Shown here: positions 31,793 to 43,247 of the stretch, piece by piece | Numbering within the stretch: position 1 is the first letter of the stretch | Layout: the number at the start of each line of letters is the position of its first letter | Assembly: GCA_020184695.1 (NCBI GenBank) | Contig: JAANOX010000011.1 | Span: 496,001 to 560,000, forward strand | Direction: 5' to 3' | Length of the DNA: 64,000 nucleotides | Source: Histomonas meleagridis 2922-C6/04-290x | Lineage: Eukaryota > Protista > Parabasalia | Notes under the pieces: model-generated | Databases searched by the model: none | The model's input: only the letters and a program-made list of their open reading frames with translations | Told to the model about the DNA's origin: nothing | Position numbers and translations under genes: made by a program

Positions 31793-34503
31793 ATGACAAA
31801 CCAAACCCAAAATGATTTAGAAACGCTATATTTGATAAATCAAATAATATTTAATTTAAACAAAGAAAATATAACTCAATCAATCAAAATAATATTTAAT
31901 AAATTTGATAATATTTATCCAATAACTTTTAGTAGAAATATCATTCATATGGTTTATATATTATTTTGTTTAAAAAGGATAGATGTTAATATTTTTTTGA
32001 ATTTTTTTAAGGAAATTGAAACAATGGAAGAAAATAACAAAAGAAAATTCATGAGTTTTAATTTAGTCGCACGCTTTTTACTTAATGAGCGCACAATGGA
32101 GTCATTTTATCTTATTCATAAAATGATTGAACATGGGTTTATTGAACCAAATTTTCAAATTAAAAGAAATCCATATTTTGTCCATTATAATTCCAAAGAA
32201 GAAATTAAACAAGATATATTTACTGATGATATTATTAAAAATATTGAAGAACTTTCAAAGAATGATTGGGAACTTCATAAGAAATTAATTGAAGATGGAG
32301 TTAATCCGAATGAAATTGCCAAAATAATTCGAAATGATGATATAGAAAATCTTCAAAAAATATCATCACAAACAAAATTTGATATCAATCAAACAATTGA
32401 ACCATCACTTTATGAAAGGTGTTCATTTATTAATCAAATAAATGTTACATTAATTGATTATGCAGCATTTTTTGGATCAGTAAAATGTTTTAAATATTTA
32501 CTTATGAATGGAGCAAAAGGAAATCATACAGGAAAATATGCAATTGCAAGTGGAAATGAAGAAATCATTCATTTATGTGAACAAAATCATACATCATTTA
32601 AAGGTTCTTATAAAGCAGCAATTATGTTTCATCGAAATAATATTTTTAATTATTTGTATGAAAATAGAATGGAACCAAGTATTAGTTTGGGAAAATTAGG
32701 GAAAACATGCATTTTATATGATAATTATGAATTATTTTCATTTTTACTAAAAGAAAGTATAAACATCAATGATGTTATTATTAATAAATCAGCTGAAATT
32801 GGAAATTTATATCTTGTGAAATATTTTCTTCAAAACAACCAAATTCCAAACAATGTCTTATATGTTTCATTATCCTCAGAAAATATCGAACTCGTAAAAT
32901 ATATTTTAGAAAAAGAAGAAATTGATATTAATGCTGAATATATTTATTTAAATAATATAGAAATTCAAAGTAATATTTGGAAAATGTTTAAAATATTTAA
33001 AACAGCACTTATGATTGCATCTGAAAATGGTTATACGGAAATCGTTCAACTACTTCTTGAACAAAAAGGAATAGATATTAATGCTAAAGGCATATATTTA
33101 TTTTATATTGGATTTATTTTATTAATTTCTTGTTTAAAAATAAAATTTGGAAATTATTTAAAATATTTTATACAGCACTTATGTTTGCATCTAAAAATGG
33201 TCATACAGAAATAGTAAAATTACTTCTTGAACAAAAAGGAATTGATATTAATGCTAAAGATATTTATTTGTTTTTCTTTGGACATATTTTTATATTTTGC
33301 TATTTTAAAACAATATTTGGAAATTATTTAAAATATTTTATACAGCACTTATGATTGCAACAGAAAATAATCAAACAGAAATTGTTGAAATACTTCTTGA
33401 ACAAAAAGGGATTGATATCAATGCTAATGATAATATTAATTTTAATAATTTAATATTTCTAAATAACACCCGGAAATTATTTAAATTGTTTTATACATCA
33501 ATTATGAAAGCATCTCAAAATGGCCACATAGAAATCGTACAATTACTTCTGGAACAAAAAGAAAATGATATAAAAACTAATAATATTTATTTTTATAACT
33601 TTGTGTTTTAAAATAATATTTGGAAATTGTTTAAATTATTTTATATCACACTTATTTTAGCATCTCAAAATGGTCATGCTGAAATAGTTAAATTACTTCT
33701 TAAACAAAAAGGAATTGATATTAATGCCAACAAAATTTGTTCTATTAATTTTTTATTTCAAAATAATATTTGGAAATTATTTAAAATATTTTATACAGCA
33801 CTTATGATTGCAACAGAAAATAATCAAACAGAAATAGTTAAATTACTTCTTAAACAAAAAGGAATTGATATTAATGCGAAATATATTTATTTATTTAATT
33901 TCATATCTCAAAATATTATATGGAAATTATTTAAATTATATAAAACAGCTCTAATGATTGCATCTGAAAATGGTTATATAGAAATAGTTAAATTACTTCT
34001 TAAACAAGAGGGAATTGATGTTAATGATAAATATGTTTATTTTAATGATTTTATATTTTAAAATATTATATGGTAATTGTTTTAAATATTTAGAACAGTT
34101 CTAACGATTGCATCTGAAAATGGTTATACAGAAATTGTTAAAATACTTCTTGAACAAAAAGGAATTGATATTAATTAAAATGATATATATTTATTTTGTT
34201 TTATGTTTATTTTAATAATATGATATTTCAAAATAATATTTGATAATTATTTAAAATATTTAAAACAGCTCTTATGTTTGCATCTGAAAAAGGTTACATA
34301 GAAATAGTCAAATTACTTCTTGAACATAAAGGAATAGATATTAATGCTAAGGATATTTATTAATTTTATTTAAAATTTACTTTAATAATTTGAAATTTCA
34401 AAATAATATTTGGAAATTATTCAAATCATTTAAAACAGCATATATTTATGCATTAGAAAATGGGCACACTGAAATAGCTAAATTGCTTGAATCACGTTCG
34501 TAA
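31793..34503 (+). CDS. DUF3447-type ankyrin gene with ten intervening sequences (locus C)
   Basis: An open N-terminal region is followed by 90-nt ankyrin blocks (TALMIASENGYTEIVxLLLEQKGIDINAKD). Spacers are at 32942-33001, 33092-33171, 33262-33341, 33432-33494, 33585-33644, 33735-33794, 33885-33944, 34035-34094, 34185-34264 and 34355-34434. The last block ends LLESRS-TAA at 34503. One coding block has a TAA (34176-34178). Confidence 0.75.
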
Positions 34504-34830
34504 GAAGGAATAATAATAATATACATACACATTACATTCCAAATTTTATAGAATATGCAATCTTACTTAATATAATGTAAAAAGTTCCTATTGAATTGCA
34601 ATGTTTTTTAGAAAGAATAGTTAACGCTATTGAAATCAAATGGTGATAGGGATACAAACCCCCTAGAGATTTCGGACTATTTGTTAGGATTTATAAATAA
34701 AATTTTTAGAAAAAGATAATCAAAAAATAAAAATATATTAAATTTTATTTATTTAAAATATATTCACAAGAAATAATAACTTTTCTTCTCAAATTAAAAT
34801 TCGAATAATAATTTATTCTATATTTCAAAT

Positions 34831-35760
34831 TTATTTATCATTATTTGCATTTTGTTTAATTTCTTCTTCTTTTTCTTCTTCTTTTATTATTGCGTTTCCT
34901 ATTCTACAAGTCGCTTCTGCATTTGCAATACAATTATCTTTCACACTGTCGAACTTTAGATAGTCATGTTCAATGTCGCAGTATTCGTTTTTCCATTCTT
35001 TACATAACGTTTCGATCGCTCCGATGTAAAACATTGTCATTTTATCCCAACAACTTTCAAAACTATTCCCACTAAGTATATGCTTAGTCTGCGCTGCTTG
35101 GATAGCAGCTGATGTATACACAATAAGTACTGTCATTAATGGAAAATTTTGTCCTGGCAATCGAGATGTTTCAATCACTTTTTGACCCATGGATTTGTAC
35201 TTGGCAAAAAGTTGCATTGGAAGCAAAAGGCCAAGGATGCCCGCGCCTCGAAGATCTGTAATAGGATTGTTTGACTGAAACCCAATTGTTTGCCAATGAT
35301 TTCCATATCGTAAAGGTGGTGTCTGACACCCTGTGATAAGCATGTGAAGGGTATTGAGGATTCTGTGATGAAGTAAATTGTCTTCTTCAAATGGTGTTCT
35401 TGATAAAAGATATATTATTTTCCAAGTTTCTATCATAATATCAGTCGGTAGATTTTTGATACAACAAAAGCATACTGTCTCGGCTGTTAAAGTGGGAATG
35501 TTTTCAATTGGACTTGGATTATTCTTTATATTATTAACAAGTTCGGCACGAGCATCAAAAAATGTAATTGGACGTGCCCTATCTACCTCGGTGCCACCTA
35601 CACCCATCTCTGTTGGAATTGACATTTTTAATTCTTGTTGTTGTTGTTCAATTTGATTCCATTTATTTCGTGCATTTTCAATTTCAGGTGGAACACTGGA
35701 TGTTCCTGAAGAAGAATCTGTTTCAAAGTCGTCGGAATCTGCTTTGAGAGGTTGGTTCAT
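34831..35760 (-). CDS. ELMO/CED-12 domain protein
   Basis: HWQTIGFQSNNPITDLRGAGILGL. Confidence 0.9.
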   Translation of the reverse strand: MNQPLKADSDDFETDSSSGTSSVPPEIENARNKWNQIEQQQQELKMSIPTEMGVGGTEVDRARPITFFDARAELVNNIKNNPSPIENIPTLTAETVCFCCIKNLPTDIMIETWKIIYLLSRTPFEEDNLLHHRILNTLHMLITGCQTPPLRYGNHWQTIGFQSNNPITDLRGAGILGLLLPMQLFAKYKSMGQKVIETSRLPGQNFPLMTVLIVYTSAAIQAAQTKHILSGNSFESCWDKMTMFYIGAIETLCKEWKNEYCDIEHDYLKFDSVKDNCIANAEATCRIGNAIIKEEEKEEEIKQNANNDK

Positions 35761-35939
35761 TTTAATATTTCAACTTATGGAACGAAAAGCCGATTAAAAG
35801 CAGTTTCATTGAAATTTCAGAAGGGGTTCAAATAAATTCTATACTTTATTTCGATTTTCAGTGCTGCACGAAAATTTGGAGAAACACAGAAATTGAAAAA
35901 TCATTTTAAAAGCATATGATTGTTTAGTGGTTTTCTTTT

Positions 35940-36593
35940 TTAAAGAGGCAAGTCGACATCAGTTCCGGTGATCTTCATCTTCAGATATTGATAAATAAAA
36001 TCACTATAAATAAGTGTTTGTAAAATGCCTGTAATCCAAACAACCTTTGGCGTTGATCCAGTGTCTTTGACAAGCTTGTAGATCCAGTTCAAAAGATAGA
36101 ACAAGCGATAAATTCCAAGGAAGAAAATGTATTCAAGGTTGATAACATCAAGCTTAAAGGACCTCTTGAGCAAGAGCAACTGTGGGAAAATGGCAAAGCT
36201 TTCGACCCAGAGTGAAAAAGCAAATAAGAAGCTTTCGAATGATTTGGTTGGCATAGAAATCAAAGACAAAGGAATGCAAATAACAATTATGAAAACTATA
36301 CGAAAAGTATCATGCCTTTTTTCATATGTTCTTGACAATTTTGTGAGCATTAAAATAACAATTAACGCTTCGGAAAATATGTAGAAAATTTTGAAAAGGA
36401 TGTTATAGAGGGGTGGATAAAAGAAGTATTTGTTGACGTATCTTGTCATGAATACGATTAAATAAAGGATATGTGTTTTAAGTGAAACACCATTGCATGT
36501 CCTCTTAGAAAGCATTTTGTATAAAAGGATGCAGACTGAAATTAGATGGGAAAAATCTGCTAAGTACCTGAAAATGTTCCATTGAAGAACCAT
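35940..36593 (-). CDS. ERD2: ER lumen protein-retaining (KDEL) receptor
   Basis: NIFRYLADFSH, GVSLKTHILY, FSLWVESFAIFPQL and YRLFYLLNWIY. Confidence 0.95.
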   Translation of the reverse strand: MVLQWNIFRYLADFSHLISVCILLYKMLSKRTCNGVSLKTHILYLIVFMTRYVNKYFFYPPLYNILFKIFYIFSEALIVILMLTKLSRTYEKRHDTFRIVFIIVICIPLSLISMPTKSFESFLFAFSLWVESFAIFPQLLLLKRSFKLDVINLEYIFFLGIYRLFYLLNWIYKLVKDTGSTPKVVWITGILQTLIYSDFIYQYLKMKITGTDVDLPL

Positions 36594-36755
36594 TTTTCTT
36601 AATAAAATAGTCTGACAAACTTAGTCAATCTCTGTCAAATGGAAAACGGTCGAAAAACGGTTTAATTTCAGCGGAACAACAAAAAATTATTTTATGAAGC
36701 AAAATATTTTATAAAGTTGCCTAAAAAATGATAGTTCATATTTATTAATTAAAAA

Positions 36756-39482
36756 TTAGATTTGTTCAATGTGGTTATCTTCTTTAAAGTCATCTGCAAA
36801 TGGATCTTCTTTGGAATTTGCAATTTCCATTCCTGCAATGAAATTATTAGTGTTCTTAATCTCATTTTCTTCAATGCTATTCAAATCATTTTCATCATTC
36901 ATTCTCTTTTTGTTTCGAATAATCATCAAAGTAATAACAATTAACACAATGACAATGATAACCACCACAACACAAACAATAATTATGATTATTGTTTTGT
37001 TTTCGTTTGGTGGTGAACTTGTTAAATACAAAATAGTATAGAAATCTGAATAAAAACTTCCAAAAAATGAATATGTAATAAATGTATACTCATAAAAAAG
37101 AAGTAATGTGTCAATATATGTTTCCTTAGAATGAAGAAAAGTTATTGTAAAAGAATTTGAATAAGTTACACTATAAATAGATATTGTATGCGTGAATGAT
37201 ATTGATCTTGTTAATATATATGAATGAGTTATAGTTATACCACTTGAAAAAGATGTTATACTTTCAAATTCATTAATAGAAGTGAATGTATTTGATTTTG
37301 TAAATGTATTTGATTGTGAATATGTTTGTGATTGAGTGAATGTGCTTGTTGGAGGAAGACATTCATCTAATATGATTCCTTTTGAAACATTAAATGTTCC
37401 AAAATTATTATTTTCATATGAAGTTGTTGTCATAATACTTTTAGCTGGAACATCTGTAAATGCATTTGAAACGATACTTGGAGCCGATTTTCCATAATAA
37501 TATATACATTTGAGACAAATGCAAGAAGAAAAAGCTCCACTCAATATTTCTGTTACATTTTCACCAATTATAATTGTTTCCAATTTTGAGCAATTGAAAA
37601 ATGAATATATACCAATTGATTTTATATTGTTTGGAATTGTAAAGTTAATAAAATCGCAACTTTCAAATGAATAAAGTTCAATTGAACTTACTGAAGGTGG
37701 AAAATAAAATGTATTTAAATAGCCTGCTGGATAACAAATTATTTTTGTTATATTTTTATCATAAACTATTCCATCATTTTCAAAATTGGAATAAACCAAA
37801 TTTTCAGAAGATATATCGATAAAGCGAAGACTTGTGCATGCTTCAAAAGCGCATTGTCCAATTGTTGAAACAGATTTAGGAATTGTTATGTTTTTCAATG
37901 AAGAACAAAATGAAAATGCATAAATATCAATTGTTGTTAAATTACTCGGAATTTCAATACTTTCTAATGAAGTACATGAAGAAAAAGAAAACCTTTCAAA
38001 TTGTGTAATACTATTTGGAATTGTAATATTTGTTAATGAACTGCATTCTTGAAATAAAGATCCTGCAATTGTATTCACACTACTTGGAATTATTATGCTT
38101 TTAAGTGATATACAATTCATAAATGCGCAAGATTGAATTGAATTTACATTATTTGGTATAATAATATTCTTTAAAAAAGAACTTCCTTGAAATGCATAAG
38201 TATAAATCATAGTTACTGTGGATGGAACTTGAAATGACTCTCTTGGATTTCCTGCTGGATAACAAAGAAGTTGAGTTTCCCCATAGTTATAAAAAATTCC
38301 ATCATTATTATAATTGGAATAAAATTGATTCAAACTGTCTACTTCAATAAGTAGTAGGCTTGAACATGAAGTAAAAGCAATATAACCAATTGATGTAGCA
38401 GTTCTAGGTATTTGAAGTTTTTCCAAAAACGAACAATAAGAAAATGCATAATTTCCAATGTAATTTATCCCAGTTGGGATTTCGACATTTTTTAATGAAG
38501 AACAGTTATAAAATGCATAATCTGAAATTGTTGTAATTGAAGATGGTATTTCAAATCTTTCATTTGTGCTTCCAGCAGGATAACAAATAAGATTGTTCAT
38601 AATATTATTATATAAAACTCCATCATTATTATAATTAGTATAGTATAAATTTTGTTTTAATACTTTTATATTTTGAAGACTAGTACATAAATAAAATACA
38701 TTTGATCCAATTGATGTAACAGAATTTGGAATAATTATATTGATTAATGATGTACAGGAACGAAATGCATTATTTTTAATTGAAGTTAAATTTTCTTGAA
38801 TTAAAATTGTTTTCATATTTTTGCATGAAGAAAAAGCACTAATTCCAATTGATTGCACATATCCACCTAAAGTAACATTTTCTATGTTACTACATACTGA
38901 AAATGCATAATCCCCAATTGAATAAACCGAATTACCAATTTTAACAGTAACTAATGAATCCCATCTCTCAAAAGCTGATGATCCTAAATCCATAATTCCT
39001 TCAACAATCACAATGTGCTTTGCTACGTCTTGATATGTTTTTCTTTGGTTATAATCATTTGAATTATAAATAAAAAGTGTAGCTGATGTAGCATTAAATT
39101 CCTCAGCAGAGTGTGCTACAAGTATAGTAAAAAAGAAGATTGGAATAAATTTAAATGCTTGCCTATAATATATGGAAAAAGCATTATTTAAATTAAGTTT
39201 TGTCAATAATATCAACATAATAAAAAGAATGAATAAAAAAATCTTATTAAAAGAATAAATTAGCGAGGGATAATTTATAGTGCTTTGTGAAATATAAGGA
39301 AATAAATTTGATTCAGTAGAAGAATAACAAGAATATGGAAGTATGAGATCACAATTATGTGCAAAAGCATATAAGTTCTCTATAATGAAATTCAATTTCT
39401 GATCAATGAAATGGTATTTAGTTGATATAGAGTGATGCAGGAGTGTGTGTTTGCTTAATGTGGCGAGAATCAAATATATCAT
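36756..39482 (-). CDS. BspA-like LRR surface protein with an N-terminal extension
   Basis: TpLRR repeats, S/T-rich hexapeptide stalk, TM helix and cytosolic tail KEDPFADDF. Confidence 0.93.
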   Translation of the reverse strand: MIYLILATLSKHTLLHHSISTKYHFIDQKLNFIIENLYAFAHNCDLILPYSCYSSTESNLFPYISQSTINYPSLIYSFNKIFLFILFIMLILLTKLNLNNAFSIYYRQAFKFIPIFFFTILVAHSAEEFNATSATLFIYNSNDYNQRKTYQDVAKHIVIVEGIMDLGSSAFERWDSLVTVKIGNSVYSIGDYAFSVCSNIENVTLGGYVQSIGISAFSSCKNMKTILIQENLTSIKNNAFRSCTSLINIIIPNSVTSIGSNVFYLCTSLQNIKVLKQNLYYTNYNNDGVLYNNIMNNLICYPAGSTNERFEIPSSITTISDYAFYNCSSLKNVEIPTGINYIGNYAFSYCSFLEKLQIPRTATSIGYIAFTSCSSLLLIEVDSLNQFYSNYNNDGIFYNYGETQLLCYPAGNPRESFQVPSTVTMIYTYAFQGSSFLKNIIIPNNVNSIQSCAFMNCISLKSIIIPSSVNTIAGSLFQECSSLTNITIPNSITQFERFSFSSCTSLESIEIPSNLTTIDIYAFSFCSSLKNITIPKSVSTIGQCAFEACTSLRFIDISSENLVYSNFENDGIVYDKNITKIICYPAGYLNTFYFPPSVSSIELYSFESCDFINFTIPNNIKSIGIYSFFNCSKLETIIIGENVTEILSGAFSSCICLKCIYYYGKSAPSIVSNAFTDVPAKSIMTTTSYENNNFGTFNVSKGIILDECLPPTSTFTQSQTYSQSNTFTKSNTFTSINEFESITSFSSGITITHSYILTRSISFTHTISIYSVTYSNSFTITFLHSKETYIDTLLLFYEYTFITYSFFGSFYSDFYTILYLTSSPPNENKTIIIIIVCVVVVIIVIVLIVITLMIIRNKKRMNDENDLNSIEENEIKNTNNFIAGMEIANSKEDPFADDFKEDNHIEQI

Positions 39483-39965
39483 TGGTAAATACTATTGTTT
39501 TTTAAGAATATAATTGTGGTTTTTCCTGAGTGTGTTCGCTGATATTTCGAATTTCAAAACAAGAAAAATAATTCTGAGAATTTCGTTATTTCAATCAACG
39601 ATAGAAAAAATCAATCAAGCTCACGCAGGATGACTGTAACAGAGTTGAAATTTTTCAATGCCGATGACAATATATAATCGTCGTGTAAAAATGACATTTT
39701 TAAACGTGCTTTTATGGCTTATCAAAATTTGTGTTAAACCGAGATAATTGTTTGTCATATATTCAATTTTCTGAAGTCTAATCGTTGCACTTTTAGTAAA
39801 AAATAACGTTATTTAAGTAAACGGTGTCCTACATTAATTTTGTTGTGTTTTCCTGAAAAATGCTTAAAACATAATATCAAAAATCAATTTCGAACTAAAG
39901 ACATTAATTTGTTATACCTACAAATACTACGATAAATTTAACCAAAACATTCATTTATTGATATT

Positions 39966-42443
39966 TTATAAAGAAGATAAATTCACTTTCATTTCCTTCA
40001 TCACAGAATCCAACAATTTTTCATCTGACGATTTCACTTCCAAATTCAACAAGTCGTCAACATCACTCACGTTAAACAATGCAACCACGCACACTCCGTA
40101 CGTTGTCTTTGCGACGAACTCGTAAACATTTTCATCTTTCTTATTGATTTTCAAACAATTCATTATATCCTTTATACAGTTCAACAATTTTTCGATTTTA
40201 ATTTTTGCCTTTAAAGCGATTTTTTGATTTTTGTTACAATTTTCTAATTCGTTCTTATCTATTTTCGATATTGGCCTTAAGAAGAATGAAGGAAACACTT
40301 TAATTTTACTTTCGATGATGTTATCGAAATTTAAAGTAAATATCAAATGTATAATTTGTGGTAATTCTGGTGTTTCAAGTTCAATGATTAAATTAGTTTT
40401 AATTTCATTTACGTTTTCGAATTTTTCGTTTTCATTTGAGTTAATTCGTTTAATTCCTTTTTTCTTCATTACTTCGATATTTAAGTTATTAATTTTATAA
40501 TTTTCTGTTTTACTTTTTATTGTTATTCCAATATTAATTTGTTTATTATTTGGTTCGAATTTATTTGTTTCGATTATATAAAATTCATTTTGTCCAATTA
40601 ATTGGATATGTTTTGATTTTAATTTCTTTTTATTTTTATTAATTTTCGATTTTTTACTTTTAATTATTTCATTTTTCTTATTAACTTCTTCAGTTTTCAT
40701 ATCAAATAATGGAATTACATCATTAACTTCATCAGGAACTTTAATTTCTTCTTCATTAAATTCGATTTTATTATTATTAAACTCATTAATAAATTCATTG
40801 TTATTCTTAATTATATTAACAAATGAAATCATTGAATTTATTTCGTTTTGTATGAACTTCGAATCGTTTTGTAAAAACATTTTTAACTTATCATCAAAAT
40901 CATTTGGTTTATTATTTGATTTAATATACATTTTAATTAATGATAATATAAATGAAAGTTGAACTCTTTCATTACAATTTATAATTTTTGGAATAATTTC
41001 ATATATTTTATTGTTTAATTCATGTTCTTCGCCTAAGATATAAGAAGCAGCTATTAACAATGGAATAGAATCATTATATATATAATTCTTTAATATAATG
41101 TTCGGCATTTCTTTCGATATTCGTTTTCGTGTTGATGGAACTCGAATAAATAAATCTAAAAATTGATCAGCGACAATTTGATAACATGTAATTCCATTAA
41201 TGTTTAAAAACTCATTTAATATTGTTATGTACCAATTAAAGTCAGTGATATATGTATAATCATTAGTACTACAAATGGATATAACTTTAGTTAAGATTTG
41301 ATCACGTAAATCAACTTGAATTGTTTGCTTAAAGATGTCGAAAAGTTTATTAATGATTGAATCTAATGTTTTAGTCGTTGTTATTGTGGATAATAAATCA
41401 ATGGCAATACATTGTTCTTCATAATTATAACTATTAAGACTTTGATTGATTAATTCTTTGTGTTGTTTACATAATTTCGGATTAAGTTTGAGAAGTCGTA
41501 AGAATAATCCGGTGAATAAAGTTTTTATCGTTTGATCAGAAGAATTAAGTCGGGAAGTAACAGAACTAATGGCTGCATTATGAAGCGTCGGATTAAGTAA
41601 TGGGATTTCAATAATGGAATAAACAAGTTGATATAAAAGTGAATCGTCATCGGTGGAGACGATAAGATTTGTAAACAATTGAATAAGTTTCTTGGATAAA
41701 CGTGCTTCAACTGATGCTAAAAGTGTTAAAATTTGGACAAGACGAATAAGAATATATTTATGTTTGGAATAAATATCAACCATTTTGTAAATCTTGGGTA
41801 TTAATGGAATAAATGTGCTGGGATTAGTTAAACATAATTCATAAATTACAGTTAAGGTTGAGTAAATAACACTGGTATTATCATCATCAAGACATGAACG
41901 TAATGCTTGGAATCCAGTCTTAATGGAATTTGGAGAGTTTAAACAAATAAAATAAAATGTTGTGATTGCTTTTTGTCGAATTGTGGAATCATTTGACTTC
42001 ATGAGCTTGATAACAGATTCAGACGTTGTTTCAGCAATTAATGGTGTTAAAAATGATGGAAGAGCTGATAAAACACATAAAACAATTTTTGGAGAAGTTG
42101 ATTCCAAATCTTTTAAAAAACAATTTGTAGCCATAATAACCACTTCTGAGCTAGGATTCCATATTTGTGAAGCTGCCGTATAAAATATTTGTTTAGTTGA
42201 AGGATCATCATTTGCCATTATTCCAAGAAGAGCAAAATCAGCCCAAGATACATCATAACCTAGTGTGTTGAGAAAAATTAGATGCTGCACACAATTAATT
42301 TTCTTTTTGATATCTTTAACATTAATATTAGATTGAATTTTTTTCATAAGATCTTGAATGAATTCACTTTCTTTATCAGTCCCTTGAACATTTGTAAAAT
42401 CGCAAATAGTATCTGATATGAGTGGGAGTGAGCTGAAAAACAT
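39966..42443 (-). CDS. AP3D1: AP-3 complex subunit delta-like adaptin
   Basis: Adaptin-N: LIFLNTLGYDVSWADF, KQIFYTAASQ, IRQKAI and EARLSKKL. Confidence 0.8.
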   Translation of the reverse strand: MFFSSLPLISDTICDFTNVQGTDKESEFIQDLMKKIQSNINVKDIKKKINCVQHLIFLNTLGYDVSWADFALLGIMANDDPSTKQIFYTAASQIWNPSSEVVIMATNCFLKDLESTSPKIVLCVLSALPSFLTPLIAETTSESVIKLMKSNDSTIRQKAITTFYFICLNSPNSIKTGFQALRSCLDDDNTSVIYSTLTVIYELCLTNPSTFIPLIPKIYKMVDIYSKHKYILIRLVQILTLLASVEARLSKKLIQLFTNLIVSTDDDSLLYQLVYSIIEIPLLNPTLHNAAISSVTSRLNSSDQTIKTLFTGLFLRLLKLNPKLCKQHKELINQSLNSYNYEEQCIAIDLLSTITTTKTLDSIINKLFDIFKQTIQVDLRDQILTKVISICSTNDYTYITDFNWYITILNEFLNINGITCYQIVADQFLDLFIRVPSTRKRISKEMPNIILKNYIYNDSIPLLIAASYILGEEHELNNKIYEIIPKIINCNERVQLSFILSLIKMYIKSNNKPNDFDDKLKMFLQNDSKFIQNEINSMISFVNIIKNNNEFINEFNNNKIEFNEEEIKVPDEVNDVIPLFDMKTEEVNKKNEIIKSKKSKINKNKKKLKSKHIQLIGQNEFYIIETNKFEPNNKQINIGITIKSKTENYKINNLNIEVMKKKGIKRINSNENEKFENVNEIKTNLIIELETPELPQIIHLIFTLNFDNIIESKIKVFPSFFLRPISKIDKNELENCNKNQKIALKAKIKIEKLLNCIKDIMNCLKINKKDENVYEFVAKTTYGVCVVALFNVSDVDDLLNLEVKSSDEKLLDSVMKEMKVNLSSL

Positions 42444-42650
42444 GTTGCTAAGCTATTGTTATATATAAACCATAGAAAATCTTTAACGGTCCGTTAAAAA
42501 CACAATAACAAAACTCAAAATTTTGTTATACAAATAAAATAAAATATGAAACATATATAGAATGACATATATTTGCTTTATTAAAAATAGTTTCAAAAAA
42601 ATTGAGAAAACAAAGAAGTTACACATTAATATCAGATCTAGAAAAATCTG

Positions 42651-43247
42651 TTACTCTATGAAATCTTCTTCATCTGGATCCCAATTAACTGACTTTGGAT
42701 CAATTCGAAGTTCGTTGAGTAATTTTGTCATGTTTATATCTGGATTCATTTTCTTCATCTTACTTTCAAGATTCCAGAGCATTTCATGGATGGCACTCAT
42801 CCATTTGGATGCTAGAGATTCTAAATTAGCTTCTTCTTCATCGGTAATTTTGGTTTTAGCTAAATGTTGAAGATTTTCAAATTCTGAATTTAACTTTCGG
42901 AGTTTTGTTTGTAGCCAAGTTTTTTCATGTTGCAATTGTGAGTCAGTTAATCTTTCAAGGATTTCTTGATGATCAAATGGTGAATTAAATGGATTTGTTA
43001 TGATAGGGTTTTGTTCTATGAATGGAATAAGTGATGAAGGCCAAAAAACAGAGACTGGTGGATCTCTGTTAAAAGTTCTTGAACGAATTGATCCATCATT
43101 TAAAAGTTGATTTAATTGTTTTTCAATTTCTTCTTTTGGCAGTGATGTTTTTTCTACGATTCCATCGACAGTCATTGGAGAATCACAATTAAGCAAGAAA
43201 TCAAGAAGAGAAGACATCAAAAATGATTGGCGGTTAGTGAAATTCAT
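42651..43247 (-). CDS. Sfr1/Mei5-like recombination mediator with an N-terminal winged-helix-like region
   Basis: The C-terminus LESLASKWMSAIHEMLWNL...MTKLLNELRIDPKSVNWDPDEEDF resembles the Mei5/Sfr1 domain. Confidence 0.6.
   Translation of the reverse strand: MNFTNRQSFLMSSLLDFLLNCDSPMTVDGIVEKTSLPKEEIEKQLNQLLNDGSIRSRTFNRDPPVSVFWPSSLIPFIEQNPIITNPFNSPFDHQEILERLTDSQLQHEKTWLQTKLRKLNSEFENLQHLAKTKITDEEEANLESLASKWMSAIHEMLWNLESKMKKMNPDINMTKLLNELRIDPKSVNWDPDEEDFIE

Noticed and set aside
32900-34500. CRISPR-like repeat/spacer periodicity
   Set aside because: The constant parts are 90-nt ankyrin coding blocks, the variable parts are homologous to one another, the context is eukaryotic and there are no cas genes.
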